From: Flavobacteriales bacterium
GTDB lineage: Bacteria > Bacteroidota > Bacteroidia > Palsa-965
Reading direction: 5' to 3'
Length of the DNA stretch: 64,000 nucleotides
NCBI GenBank assembly: GCA_002737665.1
Contig: NSIF01000001.1
Coordinates: 350-64,349 of the forward strand
The notes beneath the pieces were generated by a model. The model saw only the letters and a program-made list of their open reading frames with translations. It was not told where the DNA came from and made no database searches. Below are positions 19,831 to 31,163 of the stretch, in pieces; the first letter of the stretch is position 1, and every line of letters starts with the position of its first letter. Both the position numbers and the translations under genes were made by a program.

Positions 19831-22098
19831 ATGGTTTTCGATCTTGAAATGATTAAGCAGTTATATGCAGGACTTCCTGCAAAAGTTGAAGCAGCGCGTA
19901 AGCTCACTGGTAGACCGTTAACGCTAACTGAGAAAATTTTATATGCGCATCTTTCTAGTCATATGCCGACAACTGCATTCGGACGTGGGAAGGATTATGT
20001 TGATTTTAATCCAGATCGTGTGGCCATGCAGGATGCAACTGCTCAAATGGCTTTATTGCAATTTATGCAGGCGGGAAGAAATAAAGTAGCTGTTCCCTCT
20101 ACCGTCCATTGTGACCATTTGATTACCGCAAAAGTTGGAGCCAAAGATGATTTAGCTGTTGCGAATACAGAAAGTAAAGAAGTTTATGATTTTCTAGCAT
20201 CTGTTTCGAACAAATATGGGATTGGTTTTTGGAAACCGGGCGCTGGCATAATACACCAAGTTGTATTAGAAAACTACGCCTTTCCAGGAGGTTTGATGAT
20301 TGGAACGGATTCACACACTGTGAATGCTGGTGGATTAGGGATGGTTGCTATTGGAGTGGGTGGCGCTGACGCGTGCGATGTGATGGCAGGACTTCCTTGG
20401 GAATTAAAATTTCCGAAATTAATTGGTGTAAAATTGATTGGAAAGTTGAGTGGCTGGACTGCGCCGAAAGATGTGATTTTAAAAGTTGCAGGAATCCTTA
20501 CTGTTAAAGGCGGAACTGGAGCGATTGTAGAATATTTTGGTGAAGGTGCAACTTCCATGTCTTGTACTGGAAAAGGAACAATTTGCAACATGGGCGCAGA
20601 AATTGGTGCTACAACTTCAACATTTGGTTATGATGAATCCATGTCGCGTTACTTAACTGCAACAGGAAGAGCGGAAGTAGCAAAATTGGCTGATGGTGTG
20701 AAGGAACACCTCACCGGTGATAAAGAAGTTTATGAAAACCCAAATGAATATTTTGATCAAGTAATTGAAATTAATTTATCTGAACTTGAGCCACATTTGA
20801 ATGGACCTTTCACGCCAGATTTAGCAACCCCAATTTCTAAAATGAAAGAGGTGGCAAAATTAAATGGTTGGCCTACAAATATTCAAGTAGGACTAATTGG
20901 TTCTTGCACGAATTCATCCTATGAAGATATTTCCCGAGCAGTTTCCATTGCGAGGCAGGTGAGTGAAAAGGGCTTAAAGACAAAGTCGGAATTTTTAATT
21001 AATCCAGGTTCTGAACAAATTCGTTTCACAATTCAGCGAGATGGATTTATAGATGTATTGGAAGGAATTGGAGCTACATTATTTACAAATGCATGTGGAC
21101 CATGTATTGGAATGTGGGATAGAATGGGAGCTGAAAAACAGGAGCGAAATACAATTGTGCATTCCTTCAATAGAAATTTTGCTAAGCGTGCCGATGGAAA
21201 TCCGAATACGATGGCATTTGTTGCTTCACCTGAATTGGTAACAGCACTTGCAATTGCTGGTGATTTAACTTTTAATCCGATTACTGATTTTTTGATCAAC
21301 GAAAAAGGAGAAAAAGTTAAGTTAGATGAGCCCAATGGAGATGAACTTCCTAAACGTGGCTTTGCTGTTGATGATCCAGGTTATCAAGAACCGGCTGCTG
21401 ATGGAAATGAAATTCAAGTAAGTGTTTCTGCTACTTCCAATCGTTTGCAATTGTTAGATCCATTTGCTGCTTGGGAAGGTGTTGATTTGAAAGGATTAAA
21501 ATTATTAATTAAGGCAAAGGGAAAATGTACCACAGATCATATTTCAATGGCAGGACCGTGGTTGAAATTTCGTGGACACCTTGATAATATTTCGAACAAC
21601 ATGTTAATTGGAGCAGTCAATTTTTTTAATGAAAAAACGGACAACGTAAAAAATCAATTAACTGGTGAGTATAATACCGTTCCAAAAGTTCAACGCGATT
21701 ACAAAGCGAAGGGAATTGGATCTATTGTAGTGGGTGACGAAAATTATGGAGAAGGTTCATCACGTGAGCATGCAGCGATGGAACCTCGTCACTTAGGTGT
21801 TCGTGCAGTTCTTGTGAAATCATTTGCACGTATCCATGAAACGAATTTGAAAAAACAAGGGATGCTTGGGTTGACATTCGTGAATAAAGACGATTACAAT
21901 AAAATCCTCGAGGATGATTCAATCGATATTCTTGGCTTAACTACATTTGCGCCTACTAAAGCATTGACTTTAGTTTTGAATCATGCCGATGGAACAACAG
22001 CTGAAATTTCAGTGAATCACACTTATAATGAACAACAGATTGAGTGGTTCAAAGCAGGTGGCGCCTTGAATATCATAAGAGCTAGTTTGAAGTCTTAA
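19831..22098 (+). CDS. acn: Aconitate hydratase.
   Basis: DSHT, GIGSC/CTNSS and Fe-S cluster cysteine motifs. The six-frame ORF begins at 19777, but the likely start is MVFDLEM at 19831. Confidence 0.85.
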   Translation: MVFDLEMIKQLYAGLPAKVEAARKLTGRPLTLTEKILYAHLSSHMPTTAFGRGKDYVDFNPDRVAMQDATAQMALLQFMQAGRNKVAVPSTVHCDHLITAKVGAKDDLAVANTESKEVYDFLASVSNKYGIGFWKPGAGIIHQVVLENYAFPGGLMIGTDSHTVNAGGLGMVAIGVGGADACDVMAGLPWELKFPKLIGVKLIGKLSGWTAPKDVILKVAGILTVKGGTGAIVEYFGEGATSMSCTGKGTICNMGAEIGATTSTFGYDESMSRYLTATGRAEVAKLADGVKEHLTGDKEVYENPNEYFDQVIEINLSELEPHLNGPFTPDLATPISKMKEVAKLNGWPTNIQVGLIGSCTNSSYEDISRAVSIARQVSEKGLKTKSEFLINPGSEQIRFTIQRDGFIDVLEGIGATLFTNACGPCIGMWDRMGAEKQERNTIVHSFNRNFAKRADGNPNTMAFVASPELVTALAIAGDLTFNPITDFLINEKGEKVKLDEPNGDELPKRGFAVDDPGYQEPAADGNEIQVSVSATSNRLQLLDPFAAWEGVDLKGLKLLIKAKGKCTTDHISMAGPWLKFRGHLDNISNNMLIGAVNFFNEKTDNVKNQLTGEYNTVPKVQRDYKAKGIGSIVVGDENYGEGSSREHAAMEPRHLGVRAVLVKSFARIHETNLKKQGMLGLTFVNKDDYNKILEDDSIDILGLTTFAPTKALTLVLNHADGTTAEISVNHTYNEQQIEWFKAGGALNIIRASLKS

Positions 22099-22168
22099 TG
22101 CTATTTGCTTTTCTTGCAAATGCTGCTAGTAAATTTGTGTTGTAAAATTTAGTTGATTAAAAAATAAA

Positions 22169-22375
22169 ATGCAAAACTTTAAAATAAAAGGTGAATTTAT
22201 TGAGTTGATTCAGTTACTTAAAGTTTTAAGTATTGCTGAAACGGGGGGGCATGCAAAAATTATTGTTGACGACGGCTTAGTAAAATTGAATGGTGTGGTG
22301 GAAATTCGAAAACGCGCCAAATTAAGAGTGGGCGATAAGGTGGAAGTAGATGGTGAAATTATTGTAATGGAATAA
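22169..22375 (+). CDS. S4-domain RNA-binding protein (YbcJ-like, ribosome-associated).
   Basis: 68 aa, with an alpha-L S4 fold pattern ...VDDGLVKLNGVVEIRKRAKLRVGDKVEV. Confidence 0.7.
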   Translation: MQNFKIKGEFIELIQLLKVLSIAETGGHAKIIVDDGLVKLNGVVEIRKRAKLRVGDKVEVDGEIIVME

Positions 22376-22396
22376 TTTTTTCTATTATTAAATCCC

Positions 22397-23503
22397 ATGC
22401 AAAAATTTGTCTTGTTGAAATTCATCTTTTTTTTCTTGTGCCTACCTAAAATTGTATCTGCTCAATTTTTGCAGCAATCCAGAAGAGATTCAATGCGTAT
22501 TTGTCATAATACTGTAGATACGAATTATGTTAGCAAATATCCTGACCGTTTTATTTTTACGCTTTCTCAATCTTATCGAAATTATGAAATTCGATTCACA
22601 CAAACTTTAGTACCCGATACTTCTAATTTTAGTGCGCCGAAATGGATTGCCGACGCGAATGTCGCTTCATCCGCTTCTATTGATTTTGATAAATTTTCTA
22701 TATCCTTTGGTTTGAAAACGTTGCCTTCTGCTGATACAATCGTGCAGCGTAAGGGAAAAACAACGTATCAATCTTTCAGTTTTTCTTTCAGTCTTTATCG
22801 TTTCAGAGTAGAAAGCAGTTATCGAAATTATCGCGGATTTTATGATTCCAAATCTGCAGTTTACGATACTAGTTTTAATACCCATCGGATTTTTGTTCAG
22901 AATCCTTCTATGAATATGCGATCCTTACTTGTTAAATCTATTTTTATTTTTAATAAAAATAAATTCTCCTATAATTCGTCCTTTTACAATACAGCCCGAC
23001 AGTTAAAATCGGCAGCTTCTTTTTTAATTGTTAGTAGTATTTATTCTTATCAGCTTGGTGCCGACACTTCATTGATTCCAAAAGTCTCACAGCCATTTTA
23101 CAATAAGTTTAGTGATTTAAATTTTTTTAATGCCAATGGATTTTCAATTGGTCCTGGTTATGCTATGAATTTAGTTTTATGGAAAACACTTTATTTTAAT
23201 GCAACAATTTCTACACTATTTGACATGCAGCAACGATATTACAGTACGTTCAATAAAAATTATGAGCAGCGAGATTGGCGTCTCGGCTTTGCTGGTGATT
23301 TACGTTTAGCTGTTGGGCTTAACGGGAAAAGATTTTTTTATTCCATTACTTCAAAAATGGATAGCAATTCATACTTAGGAAATGGTTTTGTTATTTCTCC
23401 TAGATTTATTTCTGCTGCTGTTAATATAGGTTATCGCTTTCCTGTTAAGCAACGCGAATGGATTAAAAAGGTGAAGGCAAATAAATGGTATCAGCTAATT
23501 TAA
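22397..23503 (+). CDS. Hypothetical signal-peptide protein, possibly an outer-membrane beta-barrel.
   Basis: Signal peptide ...LPKIVSAQ. Alternating aromatic/hydrophilic residues. C-terminal ...KWYQLI. Confidence 0.45.
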   Translation: MQKFVLLKFIFFFLCLPKIVSAQFLQQSRRDSMRICHNTVDTNYVSKYPDRFIFTLSQSYRNYEIRFTQTLVPDTSNFSAPKWIADANVASSASIDFDKFSISFGLKTLPSADTIVQRKGKTTYQSFSFSFSLYRFRVESSYRNYRGFYDSKSAVYDTSFNTHRIFVQNPSMNMRSLLVKSIFIFNKNKFSYNSSFYNTARQLKSAASFLIVSSIYSYQLGADTSLIPKVSQPFYNKFSDLNFFNANGFSIGPGYAMNLVLWKTLYFNATISTLFDMQQRYYSTFNKNYEQRDWRLGFAGDLRLAVGLNGKRFFYSITSKMDSNSYLGNGFVISPRFISAAVNIGYRFPVKQREWIKKVKANKWYQLI

Positions 23504-23524
23504 CTCCTTAAAATTCATTTTTTA

Positions 23525-23794
23525 TTACAAAGAAATGATTCCTTCAATAGCAGCTGCTTTCACATAAATTTCAATAATTGCTGAAGCGTCTAACATGACT
23601 TGTCGAATTGTTATGCTGGTGTATTTCCCATTTGTAGAAGCCTGCATCTTTATTTCAGCGTCGTCTTCAAAAAAACTTTCTATCAGTGCAATTTTATGAT
23701 TGTCGGAGGGAACAATAAACTTAAACATATAAATGGCTGGCCAAGATTCATTATCTAGCTTTTTACGAAGCTCATCGAATTTAGAATTTGTCAT
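23525..23794 (-). CDS. DUF493 / YbeD-like small protein.
   Basis: 89 aa. The pattern ...YMFKFIVPSD...NGKYTSITI...IEIY...L resembles YbeD. Confidence 0.6.
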   Translation of the reverse strand: MTNSKFDELRKKLDNESWPAIYMFKFIVPSDNHKIALIESFFEDDAEIKMQASTNGKYTSITIRQVMLDASAIIEIYVKAAAIEGIISL

Positions 23795-23931
23795 CCTGCA
23801 AATTTACTCAATTATATCCTTTTTGTTTTGTCATAAGTGTCATTTTTAAATTTGTAATTTGCATTTTTAAAAATTTTCAATTTGTAATTAATTTTTTCTA
23901 GTTTTTAACTATGCTAGCTAATAAATTAATT

Positions 23932-25260
23932 TTACAACCTAAATTGTTTTGTCGCCATTTCTTCAATTGATTTTCCAATCGACAGACAAGCGGTTGCGGC
24001 TGGCGAAGGGGCATTCAAGACATGGATGGCATTGCCGTGAAATTCAATTTTAAAATCGTCCAACATTTCGCCTTGTTTCGAAAGCGCCATCGCACGAACC
24101 CCACTGCGACTTGCAACGATATCTTCGTATTGCAATGTTGGTATTAATGTTCTTAATCGTTTCAGAAAATATTTTTTTGAAAAAGCACCGAGGTATTCAT
24201 CTATGCCGAATTTCATATTCTTTGCAAAAAATTTCCAGGTTCCTGCAAAGCCAAATGCGGAAGCCGTGTCGAGAAAGCTGAACGATGTTTTTCCATAACC
24301 TTCGCGCTTAAATACAAAAACGGCATTGGGGCCACATTCTACACCTCCATGTATCATGCGCGTATAATGAACGCCTAAAAAAGGATACTTTGGATTTGGA
24401 ACTGGGTAGATAAGATGATTTACTTTTTTTCTTCCCTTTTCTGTGAGATCATAATAATCGCCCCTGAATCCAACTATGGCTGCGTCTGACTTTGCGCCTT
24501 CTTTTTTTGCCAGGCGATCACTTTGTAATCCGCCACAGGTAACAATGTGTTTTGCAGAAAAAATTCCACGATTAGTGATAATATCAGTTGTTTCACCTTT
24601 GTGAACAAAATCTTTTACTTCGGTTGAAAGAAATACTTTACTTCCTTGAAATTGTTCTACAATTAATGCTGCGAGCTTTGCAGTAACATCAGGAAAGTCA
24701 ATTATTCCCGTACAGCCAACTCTAATTCCTGCAATTCCTTCTACAAAGGGTTCTATGTCTTTTATTTGTTTTGCATTCACTAATTCCATGTCTTCCACAC
24801 CGTTTGCAATACCATTTGCAAAAACTTTATTCATGTGTGCCAATTCATTTTCATGAGTAGCAACAATTAATTTACCGCAAATGTCATGCGCAATTTTATG
24901 TTCTTTAGCAAAAGCAACAATTTCTCTTCTCCCTTCTACGCAATTGCGTGCTTTCTCAGATCCTGGTTTGTAGTAAATTCCAGAATGAATAACACCAGAA
25001 TTGTGTCCGGTTTGGTGTGGGGCAACCCGATCTTCTTTTTCAAGTACCGCTACTTTTAAATGAGGATGTCGCAAATTAATTTTCCATGCAGCTGCAAGAC
25101 CTACGCAACCACCACCTACTACTACAATATCGAATTGATGAATTTCTTGGCTCACAACATTTATTTTTGCCAAAGATAAGCGTAGTCTTTTGTCTGTCCT
25201 CCCTTGTATGACTTTTTTGTTGAAAATGTTCAAGTTTGACAATTTTATGACTTGCGCCAA
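23932..25260 (-). CDS. lhgO: FAD-dependent L-2-hydroxyglutarate oxidase/dehydrogenase-like oxidoreductase.
   Basis: [15 protein letters not shown] Rossmann motif, 442 aa. The motif begins ~40 aa after the annotated Met, so the true start may be internal. Confidence 0.75.
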   Translation of the reverse strand: MAQVIKLSNLNIFNKKVIQGRTDKRLRLSLAKINVVSQEIHQFDIVVVGGGCVGLAAAWKINLRHPHLKVAVLEKEDRVAPHQTGHNSGVIHSGIYYKPGSEKARNCVEGRREIVAFAKEHKIAHDICGKLIVATHENELAHMNKVFANGIANGVEDMELVNAKQIKDIEPFVEGIAGIRVGCTGIIDFPDVTAKLAALIVEQFQGSKVFLSTEVKDFVHKGETTDIITNRGIFSAKHIVTCGGLQSDRLAKKEGAKSDAAIVGFRGDYYDLTEKGRKKVNHLIYPVPNPKYPFLGVHYTRMIHGGVECGPNAVFVFKREGYGKTSFSFLDTASAFGFAGTWKFFAKNMKFGIDEYLGAFSKKYFLKRLRTLIPTLQYEDIVASRSGVRAMALSKQGEMLDDFKIEFHGNAIHVLNAPSPAATACLSIGKSIEEMATKQFRL

Positions 25261-25283
25261 CTTGCAACGCTTACTTTTGTATC

Positions 25284-26312
25284 ATGTTACAAAATGATTT
25301 GATTCTTCGTGCTGCAAAAGGTGAAAAAACGGAGCGCACCCCTGTTTGGATGATGCGACAGGCAGGACGAATTTTACCAGAGTATCGCTTAGTGCGTTCA
25401 AAAATGGGTGGCTTTATTGAATTGGTAAAATCACCTGAATTTGCTGCTGAAGTAACGGTACAACCAGTTGATATTCTTGGTGTAGATGCCGCAATTATTT
25501 TTTCAGATATTTTAGTTATCCCAGAGGCAATGGGTTTGCCATATAAAATGGTGGAATCAAAAGGTCCATGGTTTGAAAATACTATTCAATCTGCTGCTGA
25601 TATTGAAAAATTAAAAATTGCTGATGGGCCAAACGATCTCCATTATGTATGTGAAGCAATTCGCTTGACAAAATCGGCACTTTCAAATCGTGTTCCATTA
25701 ATTGGATTTGCAGGAGCACCATGGACGCTTCTAAGTTATATGGTTGAAGGTAGTGGGTCAAAAACTTTTTCGAAAGCAAAAAAGTTTCTTTACAGTGAAT
25801 CCAAGCAAGCACATTTGCTACTTGAAAAAATTACACAAAGTGTGATTTCTTACCTTAAGGCACAAGTGGAAGCTGGCGCTGACATGATTCAGATTTTTGA
25901 TTCTTGGGCAGGCGTATTATCGCCCGATCAATACAGAGAATTTTCATTGCGTTACATAACTAGAATTTGCGATGAAATTCAACCACTTGTTCCTGTTACA
26001 GTATTTGCGAAAGATGCACATTTTATTCGTAAAGATTTAGGATCTATAAATTGTGCTACCATTGGACTCGACTGGACGATGGACATTACTGAATCAAGAG
26101 CAATGATAGGTAATGAAAAAACATTGCAAGGCAATCTCGACCCTTGTTTATTGTATGCTGATTTTGCAACAATAAAAATGGAAACTGAAAAAATGCTTCG
26201 TGCTTTTGGTCCTAATCGACACATTGCAAATTTGGGCCATGGATTATATCCGGATACGGATGTAGAGAAGGTTAAGTTTTTTGTGGATACCGTAAAGAAC
26301 TTCCGTTTCTAA
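25284..26312 (+). CDS. hemE: Uroporphyrinogen decarboxylase.
   Basis: [11 protein letters not shown]-terminal signature. Confidence 0.9.
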   Translation: MLQNDLILRAAKGEKTERTPVWMMRQAGRILPEYRLVRSKMGGFIELVKSPEFAAEVTVQPVDILGVDAAIIFSDILVIPEAMGLPYKMVESKGPWFENTIQSAADIEKLKIADGPNDLHYVCEAIRLTKSALSNRVPLIGFAGAPWTLLSYMVEGSGSKTFSKAKKFLYSESKQAHLLLEKITQSVISYLKAQVEAGADMIQIFDSWAGVLSPDQYREFSLRYITRICDEIQPLVPVTVFAKDAHFIRKDLGSINCATIGLDWTMDITESRAMIGNEKTLQGNLDPCLLYADFATIKMETEKMLRAFGPNRHIANLGHGLYPDTDVEKVKFFVDTVKNFRF

Positions 26313-26437
26313 TTGTAAAGCTTTTTTTTATTTTTGCAATGTATGCAAATACGCATTTTCTTTTTTGCATAATTTAATAAATCCCATAAAAAAGTATCTG
26401 TTTATATAAATGTTTTTGAATTGGCATTTGTTATTGA

Positions 26438-26445
26438 TATATTTG
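26438..26445 (+). promoter_or_regulatory. -7 promoter element (TATATTTG) of the TonB-dependent receptor gene.
   Basis: Matches the Bacteroidota TAnnTTTG consensus 20 nt upstream of the ATG. Confidence 0.35.
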
Positions 26446-26465
26446 GTTAAATCAAATAAAAAATA

Positions 26466-28853
26466 ATGAGAAAAATTTTATACTTATTTCCACTTCTGTT
26501 ACTATCTAGTTTTGTTTTTTCTCAAAACACGCAAACAATTCGTGGGCAAATTGCCGATAAAGAAAATAAAATGGCCTTGCCTGCAGTTGTTACTTTGTAT
26601 AGGGATTCAGGATTGGTTACAGGTGCATCAGCTGATGTAAATGGGAATTATAAAATGGTAAATATCCCTGTGGGGAGATATACAATGAGAATTCAGTTTC
26701 TCGGTTACAATTCCACTAGCATTTCAAACCTAATTGTTATTTCAGGGAAGGAAAGCATCATAAATATTGAGTTAGAGGAATCTATTTTAACTAAGGAAGA
26801 AGTTGTTATTGTAGGAACAAATAGGGAGCGTACAATAAATGATTTTGGTACTGGCAGTGGTAGGCAGTTTTCTGTGGAGGAAACGAATCGTTATGCTGGA
26901 AGTAGGGGTGATCCTGCGCGTATGGCATCTAATTTTGCAGGTGTTCAAGGTTCTAATGATTCCCGAAACGATATTGTAGTAAGAGGAAATTCCCCGAGCG
27001 GTGTTTTGTGGCGTTTTGAAGGAGTCGATATTCCTAATCCAAATCATTTTGCAATTGAAGGTACTACTGGAGGACCCGTCAGCATTTTGAATGGTAAAGT
27101 ATTGTCTAATTCTGATTTTTTTACTGGTGCTTTTCCCGCTGAGTATGGAAACGGTGTTGCTGCGGCATTTGATTTGAGAATGAGAAGTGGCAATAATGAA
27201 AAAGTTGAGTTTACAGGTCAATTTGGATTTCTTGGAACTGAAATTTGTGCGGAGGGTCCAATCAGTAAATCAAAGGGTTCTTCTTTTTTAGTTTCTTATC
27301 GTTATTCTACCTTAAAATTATTTGATGCAATGAAGATTCCAATTGGAACAGGTGCTGTTCCAAATTACCAAGATGCTGCATTTAAATTAAATTTTCCAAT
27401 GAAAAAGGGCGGAACTTTGGCTGTTTTTGGAATTGGAGGATTAAGTAAAATTGATATTGTTGTAAGTGATTATACGGAGTATTCGGATGAATTATATGGA
27501 ATAGATAATAGGAATCAATATTTCAAGACTGGAATGGGCGTTGCTGGCATTACGTATCTAAAATCACTAAACGAAAAGACATATTTCAGAGCTGTTATTG
27601 CTGGGTCTAGTCGTTTTTCTTCTTCCCATCATGATCTTGTTTGGCGAGATGCTAATTTCAAATTAGATTCCATCACTCCTAAAATGGGATATAATAATAA
27701 AGAGTCTAAAATTGCGGCAAATTTTTTCTTTACGCATAAGTTTGGACCTAAAAGTTCTATCAAGTTCGGTATGACGAATGATTATTTTATAAATGATTTA
27801 AAAGATAGTATTCACAGTGAAATTACAAATCAGTTTCAGAATCGTCAAGACTATCATGGGACATCTTTTCTGATGCAACCGTATGTTCAATGGAAATATA
27901 AACAATCGCAACGGCTTACCTATAATTTAGGTGTGCACGGACAGTATTTTACTTTGAACGGAAGTACTTCCATTGAACCACGTGCGGGCCTCAATTTTAA
28001 TGTGAATGAAAAACAAACTTTGAATTTTGGCCTTGGTTTACACAGCCAAATGCTACCTGCTTATGTTTATTACATGCATCTTCCATCTAATTCAGCACCG
28101 TATGTTTTGCATAATAAAAATGTCGGCTTTATGAAGAGTGCTCATTCTATATTGGGGTATGATATTGTTGCTGCGAAAAATATGCACATCAAGGTGGAAA
28201 CCTATTATCAATACCTCTATAATGTTCCCGTAGAAAAGAAGAGTTCTACTTTCTCTGTGCTTAATCAGGGGAGTGGTTTTAGTCGATTTTTCCCAGACAC
28301 TTTAGTGAATGAAGGAACGGGTTATAATGTTGGAGCGGAAATTACTGTTGAGAAATATTTTAGTAAACAGTTTTTCTTTATGGCTACAGCTTCTGTTTTT
28401 GATGCAAAATATAAGGGTAGTGATGGGGTACTTCGCAATTCTGATTTTAATACACATTATGCTGTTAATGTTTTGGGTGCGCGTGAATTTAAATTAGGAT
28501 CGAAACAAACATTGGAAGCGGGCCTTAAATTTACAATGGCTGGTAAACGCTACTATACTCCAATTGATACCGCGGCATCTCGTTTGGAAAATGATGAGGT
28601 CACCATCGATTCGCTTCGTAATACCAAAACATTCAGCACAGCTTATGTTCGTCTCGATGCTCGTATCGTTTGGAAATTAAACACTAAAAGTTTTACGCAC
28701 GAGATTGGGCTTGACTTAGTCAATGTACTGAATAGAAAAAATATTCTGTCGCTTACTTATAGTCCTAATCAACGAGTTCCAAATGCAAGTCCAGTAATTG
28801 AGCAGTACCAGTTGGGATTCTTACCATTATTTTATTATAAGCTAGATTTTTAA
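26466..28853 (+). CDS. TonB-dependent outer-membrane receptor with an N-terminal carboxypeptidase-regulatory-like domain.
   Basis: Signal peptide. IRGQIADKEN...VVTLYRD...NGNYKMVNIPVGRYTM (CarbopepD_reg-like). Plug and barrel follow. C-terminal ...YKLDF. Confidence 0.8.
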   Translation: MRKILYLFPLLLLSSFVFSQNTQTIRGQIADKENKMALPAVVTLYRDSGLVTGASADVNGNYKMVNIPVGRYTMRIQFLGYNSTSISNLIVISGKESIINIELEESILTKEEVVIVGTNRERTINDFGTGSGRQFSVEETNRYAGSRGDPARMASNFAGVQGSNDSRNDIVVRGNSPSGVLWRFEGVDIPNPNHFAIEGTTGGPVSILNGKVLSNSDFFTGAFPAEYGNGVAAAFDLRMRSGNNEKVEFTGQFGFLGTEICAEGPISKSKGSSFLVSYRYSTLKLFDAMKIPIGTGAVPNYQDAAFKLNFPMKKGGTLAVFGIGGLSKIDIVVSDYTEYSDELYGIDNRNQYFKTGMGVAGITYLKSLNEKTYFRAVIAGSSRFSSSHHDLVWRDANFKLDSITPKMGYNNKESKIAANFFFTHKFGPKSSIKFGMTNDYFINDLKDSIHSEITNQFQNRQDYHGTSFLMQPYVQWKYKQSQRLTYNLGVHGQYFTLNGSTSIEPRAGLNFNVNEKQTLNFGLGLHSQMLPAYVYYMHLPSNSAPYVLHNKNVGFMKSAHSILGYDIVAAKNMHIKVETYYQYLYNVPVEKKSSTFSVLNQGSGFSRFFPDTLVNEGTGYNVGAEITVEKYFSKQFFFMATASVFDAKYKGSDGVLRNSDFNTHYAVNVLGAREFKLGSKQTLEAGLKFTMAGKRYYTPIDTAASRLENDEVTIDSLRNTKTFSTAYVRLDARIVWKLNTKSFTHEIGLDLVNVLNRKNILSLTYSPNQRVPNASPVIEQYQLGFLPLFYYKLDF

Positions 28854-28862
28854 TGACCTTAA

Positions 28863-29549
28863 TTAAAAATCTATCCAATTAATAGGACTTTTTTTATTTT
28901 GCTTCAGCAAATAATTTGTTTTAGAAAAGTGTCGACAACCGAAAAATCCCCTTACAGAAAGTGGGGAAGGGTGAGCTGCTTCTAGAACGAAATGTTTGTT
29001 CATATTAATTAGTAGTTTTTTATTTTGCGCATGTTTTCCCCAAAGAATAAAAACAATTCCTTCTTTTTTTCCCGAAAGCGTTTTAATGACAACATCGGTA
29101 AATTCTTCCCATCCTTTTCCTTTATGAGATGCAGGTTTATGCTGCCGAACCGTCAATGTGGTGTTGAGTAGTAAAACACCTTGCTTGGCCCAAGCATCCA
29201 AATCACCGGATGCTGTGTAGGAAACATTTAAATCTTTTTGCAATTCCTTCAAAATATTTACCAGTGAGCGGGGATGTTTTAATCCGGCTGAAACCGAAAA
29301 ACAAAGCCCATTTGCTTGTCCGGGACCATGGTATGGGTCTTGGCCTAAAATAACCACTTTTACAGCGTCAAATGGAGTGCTGTTAAAAGCTTTAAAAATG
29401 AATGGCTCAGGCGGGTAAATTGGGGCTTCTTTCTTTTCCTTATTTAGAAATGCACTTAAATCCTTAAAATATTTTTTTTGAAATTCAGCAGAAAGGACTT
29501 TTTTCCAACCTTTTTCAATCTTAGGATTGGCACGTGTGATACTATTCAT
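28863..29549 (-). CDS. ung: Uracil-DNA glycosylase, family 1.
   Basis: VVILGQDPYHGPGQANGLCFSV and HPSPLS motifs. Confidence 0.9.
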   Translation of the reverse strand: MNSITRANPKIEKGWKKVLSAEFQKKYFKDLSAFLNKEKKEAPIYPPEPFIFKAFNSTPFDAVKVVILGQDPYHGPGQANGLCFSVSAGLKHPRSLVNILKELQKDLNVSYTASGDLDAWAKQGVLLLNTTLTVRQHKPASHKGKGWEEFTDVVIKTLSGKKEGIVFILWGKHAQNKKLLINMNKHFVLEAAHPSPLSVRGFFGCRHFSKTNYLLKQNKKSPINWIDF

Positions 29550-29704
29550 TTAGGGTATTTTAAATACTAAATTATGAGATTATTGACCAAATAAAGGGCC
29601 TAATTTTATCATTTTAATATTGTTAACAAAAAAACTCTGCAATAGGTTAAATTGTGTGCCTAAAAATTATATTTTTGCATACAAATTTATCACATACACA
29701 AAAA

Positions 29705-29845
29705 ATGAAAATGATGAAAAAAATATTTTTTGCCATAATTATATTCACTAGTTCAGCTTTTTGCCTTGTTTCTTGTAAAGCAAAGGAAAAATGCGATGCT
29801 TATAAATCCAGCGCGCCAGCTCATACTAATGAAAGAAATAATTAA
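29705..29845 (+). CDS. Putative small lipoprotein, 46 aa.
   Basis: MKMMKKIFFAIIIFTSSAFCLVSC lipobox. TATTTTTG -7 motif ~25 nt upstream. No similarity support. Confidence 0.3.
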   Translation: MKMMKKIFFAIIIFTSSAFCLVSCKAKEKCDAYKSSAPAHTNERNN

Positions 29846-29911
29846 GGGGTAGTTTTTTTTAAGAAAGCACTATTTTCTCATTTTCCTTATCGGAGTTTCC
29901 TCCTTATTATA

Positions 29912-30316
29912 TTACCAGTTAAATTTTATCATTTGCTTTACATCAGGGTGTAGGCTTTTTGCAACCGGGCAGGTTTTTGCTGCATTTTCTAAAAGTAGTT
30001 TGTTTGCATCCGAGAAATTGTTTTTTGGAAAATTCAAATCAACTCTAATTTCACCAACTCTTCTGGGATTTTCTTCCATTTTTTTAGTGATTTCAAGTTT
30101 TGTACCTTTTATGTCTAATAAGTGGCGATCAGCAATAATTCCCATTATAGTAGCCATACAGCATCCTAATGAAGTAGCAAGTAAATCGGTCGGAGAAAAT
30201 GCTTCTCCTTTACCATTATTATCTGTTGGAGCATCTGTAATGATCGAAACCCCTGATTGGTGGTGAATGCATGTTGTTCTTAGTTTGCCGAGATACTCAA
30301 TGGTGGATAGGTTCAT
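29912..30316 (-). CDS. OsmC/Ohr-family peroxiredoxin-like protein.
   Basis: TDLLATSLGCCMATIMG and CPV motifs. 134 aa. Confidence 0.8.
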   Translation of the reverse strand: MNLSTIEYLGKLRTTCIHHQSGVSIITDAPTDNNGKGEAFSPTDLLATSLGCCMATIMGIIADRHLLDIKGTKLEITKKMEENPRRVGEIRVDLNFPKNNFSDANKLLLENAAKTCPVAKSLHPDVKQMIKFNW

Positions 30317-30377
30317 TTCTTGTGGTTTTTAAGATTTCTTATTAACTTTGGGCATCGAACCAAAATTAAGATAAAAG

Positions 30378-31148
30378 ATGCGCCAAACGCTTCTACTCTT
30401 AGGTGTTTTTTTTCTTTTTAATATTCTTCCTGCTCAGGTTGAAACGGAAACCATCAATGTGAATTCAAACATATATGATGAGACAAAACTTTTGTATAGG
30501 AACGAGGGTAACGCTGGGTTAATTGCTACTTCACATGGATTAGGTATAAATTATAGAAGGGGTTTTCATGTTACCAATGCTCGTAAGCGTGTTTTTGAAA
30601 TTGAAGGCGTCTCTTACCGTCATCCAAAGGAAGTGAAAATTACAAATGAATATTTTGACCATCCAAAGGGTTATTATTATGGTAAATTAAATTCGCTCTT
30701 TATACTTCGACCTGGAGTTGGTTACCAGACTGTCTTTTACTCTAAGCCCGAGCACAATGGAATTGAAATTCGTTGGATAGCTTTCGTTGGAGTTTCACTT
30801 GGCTTTGCTAAGCCAGTTTACTTGGAGGTTTTGGAGTTAACTCCTATTAGTGGTCAAAGAATTATAACTACAGTAAAGTATGACCCAGCAATTCATTTTA
30901 TTGACAACATTTATGGTCGAGCTGCATTTAAGAAAGGTATTACTGAGACTAAAATTTACCCAGGTGGATATTTGAAACTAGGATTAAATTTTGAATACGG
31001 TTCTTTGGATACGGAAACAAAATCAATAGAAACAGGATTAACAATTGATGCTTATCCCAAAACAATTCCAATAATGGCAAATGAGCTTAATACTCCTATT
31101 TTATTTTCATTGTATCTTAATTTTAATTTTGGTAGAAAGTGGTATTAA
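30378..31148 (+). CDS. Hypothetical secreted protein, probably an outer-membrane beta-barrel.
   Basis: Signal peptide MRQTLLLLGVFFLFNILPAQ. Beta-strand periodicity. C-terminal ...FNFGRKWY. Confidence 0.45.
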   Translation: MRQTLLLLGVFFLFNILPAQVETETINVNSNIYDETKLLYRNEGNAGLIATSHGLGINYRRGFHVTNARKRVFEIEGVSYRHPKEVKITNEYFDHPKGYYYGKLNSLFILRPGVGYQTVFYSKPEHNGIEIRWIAFVGVSLGFAKPVYLEVLELTPISGQRIITTVKYDPAIHFIDNIYGRAAFKKGITETKIYPGGYLKLGLNFEYGSLDTETKSIETGLTIDAYPKTIPIMANELNTPILFSLYLNFNFGRKWY

Positions 31149-31163
31149 TCCCTTTGCATTATA

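Noticed and set aside
23849-23889. Two AATTTGTAATT direct repeats 30 bp apart between lhgO and the DUF493 gene.
   Set aside because: This is an AT-rich intergenic region where short repeats of this kind occur by chance. I see no flanking evidence for a mobile element or a defined operator.
25234-25279. TTTG...TACTTTTG promoter-like motif immediately upstream of hemE.
   Set aside because: The -7 element ends only 5 nt before the ATG. This would imply a leaderless or internal TSS, and I cannot decide without TSS data.
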